A DNA stretch of 64,000 bases from the human T2T-CHM13v2.0 reference genome, Homo sapiens, in NCBI RefSeq assembly GCF_009914755.1, contig NC_060939.1. One strand, 5' to 3'. Shown here piece after piece: positions 1 through 12,977 of the stretch. How positions within the stretch are numbered: position 1 is the first letter of the stretch; each line of letters starts with the position of its first letter. A model generated the notes under the pieces. The model saw only the letters and a program-made list of their open reading frames with translations. It was not told the DNA's origin and ran no database searches. The position numbers were made by a program, and so were the translations under genes.

Positions 1-1378
1 TAATTAATATAACTCAAAGCAGACAGAGGAAGGGACTAGTTGGAGGCCTCGCTCTGAACAGCCAAAGCTTAGCATTTGCAGAAGTATCAGTAACAACAGT
101 TCTGTGTCTAAGCCTTTGCAATTGGTTTTTGTGCGATGAGCCATGTGGAGTAGGAAGTGCAGTTCTTGGGGGAATGAAAGTATCTCTGTCGTGGGCCATC
201 TCTAGACACTGGTGACTGCACAGCTGCTGCATAAGCAGCTTCTTCTGATGGCTCCCCATCACCTCCAGGATAAATGTCAAATGCCTCAAAGAACGTGTAA
301 GATTCTTTTATGACCTGGCCTCCTCTTATCTTCAGAGACCTCTCTGTAGCCCCCCCTATTGTTAATCCTCTTTCACACCATAGAGTTCTCCTTGCCTGGA
401 ATGTTCTCGCTGTTCTACCTAGCAAGCTACTGCTTGTTCTTCAGAAGCTACCACAGATGTGCCATTTTATCTGCAGATTGCCCACTCTTTAACTACTTCA
501 AGCCCCCTAACCCACCCTTGGGCAGAGTTATGGCTCCTCCAAGTACTGTCTTGGCTGTGTTGCTGCCTCCTCTATTAAATTATGACCTCTTGTAGGCAGG
601 AACTATACCTCCTTCACTGCTACATCCTGTAGCATTTAACCAAGGAGCCTGGCCCTCCCCTGGAAAGGTAAGCAGTAGATCATAGCTATTGAGATTCAGC
701 TGCTAAGATACTTTTCTAGAGGACAAAAGATTTTCTCTACTGAGGCAGATACTGTTATCAGAAAAGGTGACCTACTAGGGTTTTGTTGATAGTCACTGGA
801 TGCCAAGGCAGAGATATGGAGTTCTCACTTCTTTTTAGAAAGGAGGTCAGCTGAGAATAAGAGAAGATTCTGAAACTTAAAATATACCTAAAAATCTCAA
901 ACATATAAGATGACTAAATTCCTATCTAATGAAAAAATAGCTTAACAGCACCCTATGTTAAATGGGCCACTTAAATAGATGCTGACAAGAAATGTGCTTA
1001 TCAAGGCTTTCACTTGGTTTCAGATCCTTCTCTTTCAAATATCTATTTTATTCTTTTTCCAGAATTCTGACTCATTTCCCAAACACTGCTCCTTAAGCTT
1101 TCAACCCTTAAAAAAGCTGAAGCAATGTTTTTTTCCTTCCTAAATTGACATTAGAGTAGTCAAAGCAACGTTTTGGCAAGAAAGCATTGGGGCCATCTCT
1201 TCTTTCAGTTTCGGATTTGGCAGAAGGAAGTGCTGTCTCTCCTTGAGCTTCAGGCTCTTGCCCTTATCTAGGCTTAATCATCTCCCACTTCAAGGGGCAG
1301 CCTTACACCATATCCAGAAGTGTCAATTCTCTGAGCTCTCTGAAAGTCACACATCCACTTGGTGTTTGAATAGGCACT

Positions 1379-1395
1379 ACCAATAGAGGGCGCCA
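1379..1395 (+). promoter_or_regulatory. Candidate CTCF site
   Basis: ACCAATAGAGGGCGCCA is one mismatch from the CCASYAGRKGGCRS core and lies in a small cluster of retained CpGs. Motif only. Confidence 0.45.
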
Positions 1396-1619
1396 GACGG
1401 AGACTGTGCGGCTGCAAGAGAGATGAGTAACTTGCTCCTTTGTTTCCTTCCAGCTTGTGACAGTCTCCTTCACCTTGCTATCTTCCCCTCCGCAGCAGCG
1501 GTTTCTTCCTGTGGCAACAGCTGAAACTAGTTTTTTCACTATTTGCAAAAAGCAGCTGATTGCTCTCTTCCAGCCCCATAGAGCCCAGCTGCAACCAAGC
1601 AACAAGGCCCCTGAAGGAT

Positions 1620-2516
1620 CTGCGTTTCAATTCACAGGATTCCTCCTCGGAGTTTCTACGTTTAAAAAAACTTAAGATCTTCCCTTTGTTCCTCCAACCC
1701 TGGAGGAGGTTGCCACTTCTGCTGTTCTGACACCTTGAAACCTTTGTCTTTTTTTTTTACCCTCACTTAACTAGATAACTATTTCATACCCAGATAATAA
1801 TTCTTTTATTTTTATTCTTTAAGTTCTGGGGTACATGTGCAGAACGTGCAGGTTTGCTACATAGGTATACACATGCCATGGTGTTTTGCTGCACCCATCA
1901 ACCCGTCACCTACATTAGGTATTTCTCCTAATGCTATTCCTCCCCTAGCTCCCCACCCCTTGACAGGCCCCGGTGTATGATATTCCCCTCCCTGTGTCCG
2001 TGTGTTATCATTGTTCAACTCCCACTTATAAGTGAGAACGTGCAGTGTTTGGTTTTCTGTTCCTGTGTTAGTTTGCTGAGAATGATGGTTTCCAGCTTTA
2101 TCCATGTCCCTGCAAAGGACATGAACTCATCCTTTTTTAGGGCTGCATAGTATTCCATGGTGTATGTTCCAAATCGTGAGTGAACTCCCATTCACAATTG
2201 CTACAAAGAGAATAAAATACCTAGGAATACAATTTACAAGGGATCTGAAGGACCTCTTCGAGGGGAACTACAAACCAGTACCCAGGAAATAAGAGAGGAC
2301 ACAAACAAATGGAAAAACATTCCATGCTCATGGATAGGAAGAATCAATATCGTGAAAATGGCCATACTGCCCAAAGTAATTTACAGATTCAATGTTACCC
2401 CCTTCAAGCTGCCATTGACTTTTTTCACAGAATTAGATATAATTCTTGATGTTAAATTCTCTCTGTTAAAATAACTGGTGTGCTTTTTGTCTCCTTATTA
2501 TACGCTGACTGACACA
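1620..2516 (+). mobile_element. Old ERVL-type LTR fragment (LTR33/LTR16-like), interrupted by the L1
   Basis: Typical 3' end ttaaattctctctgttaaaataactggtgtg...ctgactgacaca at 2450-2516; left boundary uncertain. Confidence 0.5.
1806..2435 (-). mobile_element. L1PA 5'-truncated insertion with inverted 5' segment
   Basis: 1806-2168 is the L1 3'UTR/ORF2 end in minus orientation; 2169-2435 is ORF2 sequence (caaatcgtgagtgaactcccattcacaattgc...) in plus orientation. Flanked by agata(a)taattctt near-duplications at ~1792 and ~2435. Confidence 0.9.
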
Positions 2517-2676
2517 GGTTGAAGTCTGAAAATATTTCAGCTGCCTGTTGTCTCCACTATAGGGCTTCATAGGGTACCAATGTCCTTGTTAGGATGCTCT
2601 GACTGGCAGGACCCCTGGGCTTTCCTGCAGAGCCCTGCATCACTCCTCTTGTAGTGTTTTCATACTCCTCACCCAG

Positions 2677-3023
2677 TGTCTTAGCTCAAACTGCTACAGA
2701 AATATATCATGGCCTGGATGATTTAAACAACAGAAATGTATTTCTCACACTTCTGGAGGCTGGTACTACAAGATTTGGTTTCTTGAGAGGTGAGAGCTCA
2801 CTTCCTCAAGACTTCCTTACTGTATCCTCACATGGTAGAGAGAAAAAGAGCCAGCAAACTCTCTTTTATCTCTTCTTATAAGAACACTGATTCCATCATG
2901 GAGTTTCCACCCTTATGACCCCATCTAAACCTAATTATCTCCCAAAGGCCCCATTTCCAAACAGCATCGCACTGAGAGTTGGGGCTTCAACATAGGGGGT
3001 GGTGCATAATTCAGCCCATAGCA
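2677..3023 (-). mobile_element. MLT1A-like MaLR solo LTR
   Basis: tgtcttag...ttaaacaacagaaatgtatttctcac...ttcagcccatagca; 5-bp TSD cccag/ctcag. Confidence 0.85.
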
Positions 3024-3164
3024 CTCAGTCACCACTCAGCCCCGATTCTGCCTCTGGAAGTTCCATGCTCAAGTACCCAACACCTGCCCTTGTATCATAG
3101 TTCACAGCCTAGGCTTCTGCTCTGGTCTTCCTCAAGATTTTCCAAACCCCTAAGCCTATGTTAA

Positions 3165-3632
3165 CTATATTAACAACTGGTTCTCGTAGGGGGAAAAGTT
3201 CTGTTTTGAAGCTTTTCCAAATTTCTGTGGTGTGTTAATACTCCTACCTTGGTCAATTTCACTGAAGACAGAATTGGGTAGAGATGCGCAGTAGCAGTAT
3301 AATATATTTATATATTGTAAGATATATTCATTACATACGTTATATATTAGTTATATATATTATATATTAGTTATATATAATATATATTAGTTTTGCCTTA
3401 TAGTTAAAATAGACGTACGGAATCTCAAGAGCACAGATAATGGAAAAATATAGTAAAATAACTAAAAATGGTGAGTTTTGAGTATTTTTCTCTATTTTTA
3501 CTAATTTATTTAATTGCATGTTTATTTACTTTGAGTTTTAATGGTTTTGTTTAACAACCAGATCACAGAATTTATAAAAAATAACAACTGGCTCTTACCA
3601 GCCAATAAAAGCAAGTTCACCTAGACCACTGG
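3165..3632. mobile_element. MER63-like hAT DNA transposon relic with internal (TA)-rich tract
   Basis: Repeated taacaactggttctc/taacaactggctct motif near both ends, recalled from the MER63 consensus; TA-rich run at ~3295-3390. Confidence 0.55.
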
Positions 3633-4140
3633 TCAGAGCTGCACCCACAAAGTGTCCCCATTCCCTTGTGTATCTGTGGAACTCTGGGTCTACACAGAGC
3701 AAACACAATGTGAAAAACACATCCCTGGGGTCCAGTGAATCCAGGTTATTATTCTACTTCATCCCGTCACCACAGCCACACATCTCAGAAGTCAGTCAGT
3801 GATCTCAGGGAGCAGCCGTAAGGTATCCAATTGCAGATGCTCCAGAACTCCAGGAATACCAGCCTCTTGCTATTAGAAGGTGATACAGGGCATCCCTTCT
3901 TGCTTTGCCCAGAAGTACCTGCGTTTTCCTTTTGTGAAAAGTCATCAGCTGACTTGAGCAAGAAAATAGAGCAGAAGACAAATTAAAGAGAGGTAGGAGC
4001 AGGGGACGATTTCAAGTGGTGGAATTTTCTACTCTTGGCAGAGCAGAAGCCCAGGCTGGGAACTATAGTGTAAGGGTGGGTCCTGGGGACTTGAGCATGG
4101 AACTTCCACAGGCAGAATGGGGGCTGGAGGGGTGACTGGG

Positions 4141-4280
4141 TGCTATGGGCTGAACTGTGCCCATCTGCCCCAAATTCATATGGAATTTGAACCCCTCAGT
4201 GCAATGGAACTTGGAAATTGGGCCTTTGGGAGGTAAGTAGGTTTAGATGACATCAAGGGTAGAAACTCCATGATGGGTCC
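4141..4280 (+). mobile_element. MLT1 LTR 5' fragment
   Basis: tgctatgggctgaactgtgccc...caaattcatatg is the MLT1 start signature. Confidence 0.65.
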
Positions 4281-4893
4281 TAGACATTGGTCAACCTTGA
4301 AGAAGACCTACCAACTTTTTTACTGCAGAACTGTACATTTCCCACAAATCTTGCAAAGATCAACTTATCTTTTCAGCAAAGCGTGGTCTCCCAAACTCCC
4401 CTGAGGTCTTGACCCTCTCAGGGACTCAAAACCAGGAATCGGAGTTCAGGTTCAAGTGCATTTCTCTCCTCAGGACCCACTAATATCTCTATCGCCCTCA
4501 CTTACCATTCCTCGTTCCAATCCTTTCCACTTAATAGTTCAGAGGCACCTGCATTTCCCTTAAGGCTGGGAATTTTGGAAATGAAAGCAAAGCAAACTTT
4601 CTGCCTGCCTTCCCCGAATCAATAGACAGACCTTACCTGTTGAAGAGCAAAGGAGGGAAACTCAAAGAACAAAGGCAGTTAATATTTGTGATGGTTTCTA
4701 TAAATCTCAAATATTATAAATATTAACTCTTATGATTGTAATGTGAAATCTTGTTGAAATTATTGGTGCACTTATAATGAAAGCCTTTGCATTGGGCTCC
4801 CCACTACATCAAATGTCTTACCTGAAATATTTACATATACTTGTTCTATCTCAGGGATCTCTAAGGTCAAAATCAAAGTGGCTTGATTAAAAT

Positions 4894-5523
4894 CATCAGA
4901 GGCGTTTGAACCAGAGTGACTCCATCTTAAACGGGGCCTGGGTAAAATGAGGCTGAGACCTGCTGGGCTGCATTCTTAGGAGGTTAGACATTCTTAGTCA
5001 CAGGATGGGATAGGAGGTCAGCACAAGATACAGGTCACAAACACCCCGCTGATAAAACAGGATGCAGTAAAGAAGCCAGTCAAAACCCACAAAAACCAAG
5101 ATGATGATGAAAGTGACCTCTGTTGGTCCTCACTGTTCATTATATGCTAATTACAATGCATCAGCATGCTAAAAGACACTCCCACCAGGGCCATTACAGC
5201 TTACAAATGCCATGGCACTGTCTGGAAGTGACCCTATATGGTCTAAAAAAGGGAGGAACCTTCAGTTCTGGAAACTCCTCACCCCTTTCTCTGAAAACTT
5301 ATGAATAATCTACTCCTTGTTTAGCATATAATCAAGAAATAATCATAAGTGTACTCAGTCAAGCAGTCCTTGCCACTCCTCTGCCTATGGAGTAGCCATT
5401 CTTTTACCTCTTCTCTAATAAACTTGCTTTCACTATATTCTGTGGACTTGATCTGAATTCTTTCTTGCATAAGATCCAAGAACCTTCTCCTGGGGTCTAG
5501 ATTGGGACCGCTTTTCAGTAACA
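4894..5523 (+). mobile_element. MER41 (ERV1) solo LTR
   Basis: Start tcagaggcgtttgaaccagagtgactccatctt, internal aataaa, end ccgcttttcagtaaca; 4-bp TSD aaat on both sides. Confidence 0.9.
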
Positions 5524-7974
5524 AAATCACAAAATGGAAAAATGTTGGCCAGACTTAATACTTGAATAATAAGGTGTCAAGTTATAACCTTGAATTAATT
5601 CCAGAAACAAATTAGTTCCCGACAGTCATTTAAAATGTCAAATTTGTCTTGCTAATTTGCAGACAAATTAGCAAGTCAGTTCAGGTCTGTTAACAGTTAA
5701 CATTTTTAAATATTTGCCACATGCTTAGCACTGGACTAAGTGCCAGTTACCCAGAGAAGCAGTCACTATTTTACACCCATTTTACAGACGAGTATATGAA
5801 GGCACCTAATTTAACTTGCTGAGGGTCACAGTTAGTAACGGCAGAGATGGGAATTGAACCCATCCAGTCTGGGTTTACAGCCTCTTCACTTAACCGTTGT
5901 GCAACACTGACTCCTTTAGTCTACGCCACTTAACCCTGACTGCCAAGAATTTTCTAGAGTCTGAAAGCTTCAATAAAAAAAGCTTGAGACTCTCCCTGCC
6001 TCTACTCTCTTTTCCCCTCTCCATACCTGTTTTTACTCCTGAGTTCACACAGCCTATTTGATTTTGAAGGTTCAGTCTTCAACTCAGAAAACAATGAAAG
6101 TGCTGCCATCTACTTAATGACCCCTTCAAATCTCTTGTGACCCACGATCTCACACATGAAAGAGTCTATGCCGGATGCTTGAGTTTTCCCAAAATAATAC
6201 CAAGGGCTAATGTCCATGGGGTGCCTCCCATGTCCTCGGATGTGTCATATTTTCAACATATGGTAGTCAGTAGCATCATTTACCACATTACCAACTTTCA
6301 CTCTCACAACTACACTGAGATATAGGTGTCATTATCGTCACATTTACCCACGAGGAAACTGAGGCTCAGTAAAGCTTAATTGCCCTGTAAATGTCTCACA
6401 GCTAGTAAATGATGCAGCTGAGATTTGAACTCTTGATGATGCCAGGCTCTGCCATAGCCAGCTCCTCACTGTAGTGCTCGGCCTCTTGGAGTAATGATGG
6501 AGAGAGTCCCCAGGCACACATTGCGTGAATTACACTTAACTACTGGAGAGCCTTATTATGCGTTTTCATCTTCTTAGTGCTTTCTAATTAAAAAGGAGGG
6601 GAGTGGTGATCTTTTTGCTCTCTAAGTTCTGTTTCCTCTGAGTGGAAAGCAGAGGGCCCCCTGTGACAGACTTTGCGGAATAGACCTCATTGTATCGAAT
6701 CAGCTGTTTAAGTGCAGAGTTTTCCTCTGTCCCTTTTTACTGGAGAAAGTTAATTAACATCATAGCCACTAACCACTTACCTATGCTTAGTCTTGATTAT
6801 GAAGAATATGGGAATGTAGTTAGTCGCCTGAAAGTCTAAAAGTGTGCTCCTATTGTAAAAGGCTTTAATTAATAGGAGTAATAACAATATTAATAATATA
6901 ATACTCCTTAACATCAACTGGGTGCTTGCAAAGAGCCAGGTACTCTGCTAAGTGTTTTTTTTTATTTAATCCTCCCAAGAACTTTAATTTGAAGCAGACA
7001 CTATTATTTTTCTCTTTATATGGACCATAAAGAGTCCAAAGTGAAGGTTACTGTGAAAATGAGAGATCTGAGACAAAAACCCAGGGTGCACAACTTGAGG
7101 GCCGGCAATGAGCCTCGATGTTGCCATAGCATCCGTGTCTGAGGCAATAGGGATAATAAATCATTTCCTTTTCTATTGTGCCAAAATACTCCTTTACTCA
7201 TGCAGAACTCAAAGTCACGAACTCTAAGAAATTGAAAAAAGACACGGCCATAAACTGAAGTTACTGACCATTTGACTGTAACTAAGGAGACCTTTTCCAG
7301 ACCCTTGAGTTTGGGTAAATGGTAGCTAAGCCCAAAGCAAGTCACATTCATCTTCCCAGCAGGTGCCCCTCTGACTGAGACTTAGGCAAGGCAAGGGTTG
7401 GTGGCCTTGAGCGGCCGAGTGCAAAGCCGGCTGAGTGGTACAAATGATCAGCTCTTCCAGATAAGGCTGGTCCTGCACGGTACAGATCCTCCAGGACCGA
7501 TGCTCAGGTGGGGTGGGAGGTGGAAATTAGACAAGCAATTGGAATCAGGAGGCTCCTGCTGAACGCTGATATTTACGGGCACACTCAGGCCCCTGGCTGT
7601 CTCCTCTACCTTTCCCCAAACCCCTTCTTTTTGTCCTTGTATTCATGATTTCACAAACTGTTTTCTTTCCCCAGAATATTTGTGCATGACCATTAAATAC
7701 CCTTCTCCAACTCCTGAGACCCTTTTAGCCTCAGCTTTAAAACTCATTTTTTTTCATGGAAACCTTTCCTGACCCCCAGATGAGGTTAGAATCCAGTGTT
7801 CCTGTACCAAGGAATTCTCCTTTATTTCACAGTGCATAGGGCAACTGTGAATATTTATTTGTGGATTTTTTGATTGAATGTCTGCTGTCAGTGCTTGATT
7901 GTAAATCCTATGTCTTATTCTATCTCTAGCCTGGCACGGTGCTGGGCACCTGATGGGCCCTCATAAATATTGAT

Positions 7975-8865
7975 GGTATTTGTGTCCCAGGGCTGTGCTA
8001 ACAAAGTACCCAAAATGGGGTGGCTTAACACAGCTGAAACTTATTGTCTCATGTTCTGGGGGCTGGAAGTCTGAGATCAAGGTGTTGGCAGGGCCATGCT
8101 CCCTCTGATAGGTCTAGAAGAGAATCCTCTCTTGCCTCTTCTACCACTGGCCTTTGCTGGCAATCCGTGGTGTTTCTTGGCTTGCGCATCACTCCAGCCA
8201 CATGGCTAGCTCCTCCCTGTGTGTCTTTACACCATCTTCTCTCTGTTCATGTCTGTCTCTGTGTCTAAATTTCCCCCTTATATAAGATGTTTTAGTCACA
8301 TTTGCATTACTATAAAGAGTACCCGAGGCTGGGTAATTTATAAAGAAAAAAAGGCTTATTTGGCTCATGGTTCTGCAGGCTGTATAAGCATGGCAGCAGC
8401 ATGTTCTTCTGGTGAGGGTCTCAGGAAGCTTTTGGTCATGTCAGAGGTGATGGGGAAGCAGGGATGTCACATGGCAAGAGAAGGAGCAAGAAGGAGAGGA
8501 GGAGGTGCCACGCTCCTTTAAACAACCAATTCTCATGTGAAATAACTAAGTGAGAACTCAGTCATTACATACAGGATAGCCCGAAGCCATTCATGAGGAA
8601 TCTGCCCCCATGACCTAAACACCACTCACTAAGCCCACCTACAACATCGGAGGTCACATTTCAACATAAGATTTGGAAGAAACAAATATCTAAGCCATAT
8701 CATAAAGACAACAGTCATATCAGATTAAGGTTCACCCTAATGGCTTCATTTTAACTTGATTGCCTCTGTAAAGAATTTGTTTCCAAATAAGGTCATATTC
8801 ACAGGTACTGGATGTTAGGACTTCACATATCTTTTGGGGAGGGGACATAAAATAACCCGTTACAA
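7975..8865 (-). mobile_element. MLT1B/C-like MaLR LTR, split by an MST insertion
   Basis: ggctggaagtctgagatcaaggtgttggcagggccatgctccctctg on the left; ccaaataaggtcatattcacaggtactgg on the right. Confidence 0.8.
8288..8702 (-). mobile_element. MST MaLR solo LTR nested in MLT1
   Basis: tgttttagtc...ctgggtaatttataaagaaaa...gccatatca; approximate TSD taaga/taaag. Confidence 0.85.
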
Positions 8866-9744
8866 ATTATTAAACTAATAAACATGTTTGGACATACCTC
8901 TTAACCTTTCTCTGCTATAGTTTTTCTCATTTGCAACATGATCATAATACCTGTTTCAATCCCACATAGATTTCTGAGATGGAAGAAGTTAATGGCAATA
9001 GCATATAACATTCTTCTGCCCACCAGTAAATTTGATTTGACTGACCAACATGTTTTTGAATATTTTAAGTATAGTTAGACCAAATTATAGGTGATATCAG
9101 AATAAGTTCCAAACAGCTGGAGAGCAGAAGTTATATAATACACAGAGTCGAGAATGTCTACACCCAAATCAGGCATGTGGCATGACAAGTGCAGTTACTG
9201 TTGGGGTAATGAAAGTGACTGTAAGAGAGGTACTGGAGTTAATAGCAGAGACTGTTGGTTCAGAAAGACCTGGGTTAGAATCCTGGATCTGTGGCTCATT
9301 TTAGCTATGGAAATTTAGTCCCTCTGAGTCTTAGTTTTCTCATCTGTAAAATGGGTTAATAAGCCTTTAATAATCCCTGCCTAAGGTGATAGAAGAGATT
9401 GAATGACGTGTTTTTATACATGCTTAGCAGTGTCTAGTACATAATAACCATTCACTAAATGGTAGAATATGTCAGAACCACATATGATATATATTTGGAC
9501 TGTGCTAAAATTCTAGCCATGAAATTGCCATAGTTATGTGGCAAATTGGAAAGAATAAAGGGATGATCTACGGTGGCGCCTACCTGTAACAGATCTCTCA
9601 GGCCCTCAGCAGCCTCTTGGTGCAACCAGGGGAGAATCATGAGAAACCTTCCTTTCTTCTGTGTTTCTTTCTTCTGCTAGCAGCAGACACCCAAGAAAGG
9701 CTTAGAAACTAATGACAATAAATTGTGTCAGTGGTGGATGTCCT

Positions 9745-10143
9745 TGATATGGTTTGGCTCTGTGTCCGCATCCAAATCTCATGTTGAATTGTGATCTCCA
9801 GTGTTAGAGGTAGAGCCTGGTGGGAGGTGATTGGATCACAGAGGTGGTTTCAAATGGTTTAGCGCCATTCCCCTAGTGCTGTCTCGTGATAGAGTTCTCA
9901 CAAGATCTGGTTGTTTGAAAGTGTGTAACACTTCTCCCTTTGCTCTCTGTCTCTCCTGCTGGCCATGTAAATATGTGCCTACTTCCCCTTTGCCTTCTGT
10001 CATGATTGTAAATTTCCTGATGCCTCCCCAGAAGCAGAAGCCTGTACAGCCTGCAGAACTGTAAGCACAATTAAACTTCTTTTCCTTATAAATTACCCAG
10101 TCTCAGATAGTTCTTTACAGCAGTGCAAGAACAGAGTAATACA
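9745..10143 (+). mobile_element. MST MaLR solo LTR
   Basis: tgatatggtttggctctgtgtcc...ttataaattacccagtctca...taataca; TSD gtcct/atcct. Confidence 0.88.
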
Positions 10144-11739
10144 ATCCTGAACCTCTTGGAACAGATGTGAATGGATTATCACATCTGATGAAATGGGGCT
10201 TCTTTTTACAAGAAAGAAGGGACAAGAAGATGAAAGCAACTCTGCTGAGTGTTCCTAGCGGAATATCAGATTGTTCTTTGCCATCAGGGAGAGTGAACTG
10301 AACCATTGCTTGAGATCAGGAATGTTAAGACATATACTTCAGTGACAAAAGGCATTATGAGCACAGAGCTCCAGCTGCCTGGGGAGCAGAACTACAGCCA
10401 GTATGGCTGAGTGTGTCAGTGCCAAAGTGCTGGCAGTTTGTTAGACTCCTCAAGGTGTAGGGCTTTCATTGTGAAAACTAAGTTGGTGTGGCGTTTTGAA
10501 GTCCAACAGACCTTGATTCAAATCTTGCCAGGCTACATCCTAACAATGGGTAAATTACTTAATGTCTGAGTCTCAGTTACTTCAACTGAGAAGTGAGGCT
10601 GATTCCTATGTCCTAAGGCAGTTGAGAGAATTTGATGAGATGGGATATGCAAAGTGCCTAGCAGAGTGCCTAGACTGAGGTAAACAGCTGATAATAGAAT
10701 CAGTGCCACTGCATGTTGGAGGTAGAATTGAGTACAAGGAGAGACCCATACCCTAGAAACCAGACCCCAATTAAAATAGCCAGGGCTCAAATCCTGACTC
10801 AATTACTTACTTACTATAGGGCCATTTATCCCACTTGGTAGAAATATTGACAGTGATATAAATATTTATTTATATTTATCCCATTTGGTATAAATATTTA
10901 CATTGATTATGAAGTGCTGCCCCAGACCTCACTAGAAGCATTACATTATATGTGGTATATGAATCACAGTACCTTCTAAAATTTCAGAACTTCTCAATTC
11001 TGAAATCCATCTGGCCTCAAGGGTCCTAGATAAGGAACTGTAGACCTACATGTAGAACTCACTCCATGGGGCTGGGTGGACTGATGGAGTGATCTATGTA
11101 GAATAGAGCCCTGCAGCACATAGAAGGGCTCAGAGAGTGCAGGCAAGGACAACAGGAGAATCTGACTTCTGTTTTCCATACTTGCTGCATGACCTGGGGT
11201 GAGCTACATAACCTTTCTCTTTCCCCTTTGGAAATGAGCATGATGATCATGATACCTCACTTGTTATGAAACAAAATCAGCTGATATATATAAAGCACTT
11301 GGTAAAGTATCTGGTACCTATTAGTAAGGGCAAATTCTTATAATTATTGCATTTTATGTGTACATGAAAATTTCTCTTTTATAACAGGCATGGCATCACA
11401 GCAAAACTCAGGAAACAAGGCAGACCAACTTGTATTGGTATTCCAAGAATTTTACAGGGAATAGAAAGGTTACACGGTATATTAATCCAAACTGACCTTT
11501 TGTGCTTTCTTTAATCCGATTAAAGCACTTTTCATTAAAATAGTTTTATTTTTACATAATGCTACTGACGGATTTTTTTCCTCCTAAAAGTTCTGATAAG
11601 ACAAAAGCAAGAGGAAAATGGTTATCTCTTGCTTGTAACTACACAAGTTATTTCAGATAGATAGATGAGGAATGGATGATTGAAGGAACACCCAATGAGG
11701 ATGCTGTGCCACATATTGTTGAAATCAACAACCATTTAT

Positions 11740-12522
11740 TTCTGTTTCCACCCGCTCTGTCCCTCGTGGGGTGGCTATGGAGCTATGTCACTCCAAGAGG
11801 AACTGCTGCAGGGAAACTGGTTGGTGGACAATTCCAGCTGTCCCTTGTATTTGCATCTGCCACATTTGCCCTAAGACTACACTTTCCCACACCATTGACA
11901 GCTGGTGAAATAAGCACGGTAGGGTAGGGGTCCTAGTGCCAGCCTATTCCTGCCCAATGTGGAAATCCTCTAATGGGAAATTTTTGCATGAGGACTCCCC
12001 ATCAGCCTGGTCAAGATGTTCTAGAACTGTGCTGCAGCCTGAGGCTTGCCCCACACAATCCTTCCTTCCCTCTCTCCTTGTACAAGTGTCTGATCTGCAT
12101 TGTGGTCTGAAGGCTCTCCCTGCCTGGTTGTGCTTTCTCCCATTCTTTTTTTTTAATTAATATTATACTTCAAGTTTTAGGGTACATGTGCACAACGTGC
12201 AGGTTTGTTACATATGTATACATGTGCCATGTTGGTGTGCTGCACCCATTAACTCATCATTTACATTAGGTATATCTCCTAATGCTATCCCTCCCCCCTC
12301 CCCCCACCCCACAACAGTCCCCAGTGTGTGATGTTCCCCTTCCTGTGTCCATGTGTTCTCATTGTTCAGTTCCCACCTATGAGTGAGAACATGCGGTGTT
12401 TGGTTTTTTGTCCTTGCCATGGTTATCTCCCATTTCATCATGCAGAGACGATTCTCCTAGTAAATATCTTGCACATCTAATCCCATCTTGGTGCTTGCTC
12501 CTTGAGGACCCTAATCGACACA
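11740..12522 (+). mobile_element. LTR16-like ERVL LTR interrupted by an L1
   Basis: ggactccccatcagcctgg...ctgaggcttgcccc...tctgaaggctctccc, resuming after the L1 with agtaaatatcttgcacatctaatcccatcttgg...gacaca. Confidence 0.7.
12145..12417 (-). mobile_element. L1PA 3' end fragment (~270 bp)
   Basis: Poly-T then agttttagggtacatgtgcacaacgtgcagg...cccacctatgagtgagaacatgcgg; tctcccatt repeated on both sides. Confidence 0.93.
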
Positions 12523-12529
12523 CCCTGTG

Positions 12530-12977
12530 TTTATCTCCTAGTTTTCCTTGCCTTGAGGGTTCTGGGTGTTATGTAAGTTTTGCCTCTGAGATGTTCTTGC
12601 AAGAGATTTGGAAAGGGAAAGAAAGGGAGACATCAGTCTCTCCATCGCAGTGGAAGCTGATGACTGGGCTCCAACAGATACGGGTTTTTGGAACAGCAGA
12701 TTCCCCATTCCACTGTCCAATTACCAGCCTCAGGGACTTGGGCTGCTGTGGCATTGGCAGCATTTTTATGTTGCTTCCTGAACTTTGGACTGTAGCAGCA
12801 GGGACCTCAGATCAGAGCTGCTGTAGCAGGGTTTTGAAGCCCAGGAGCCACTCCTTAGCTGCTGTTTTTCCAGCCTTTTTAATAATTTCATGAGCACTCA
12901 TCGCCCTGAGTGGAATTTCCTTCTGCTTAATTCACTGGGGTGATTTCTGTTTCTTGCACTGAATGCTGACTGATACA
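12530..12977 (+). mobile_element. Old ERVL-type LTR fragment
   Basis: 3' end tttccttctgcttaattcactggggtgatttctgtttcttgcactgaatgctgactgataca. Confidence 0.5.
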
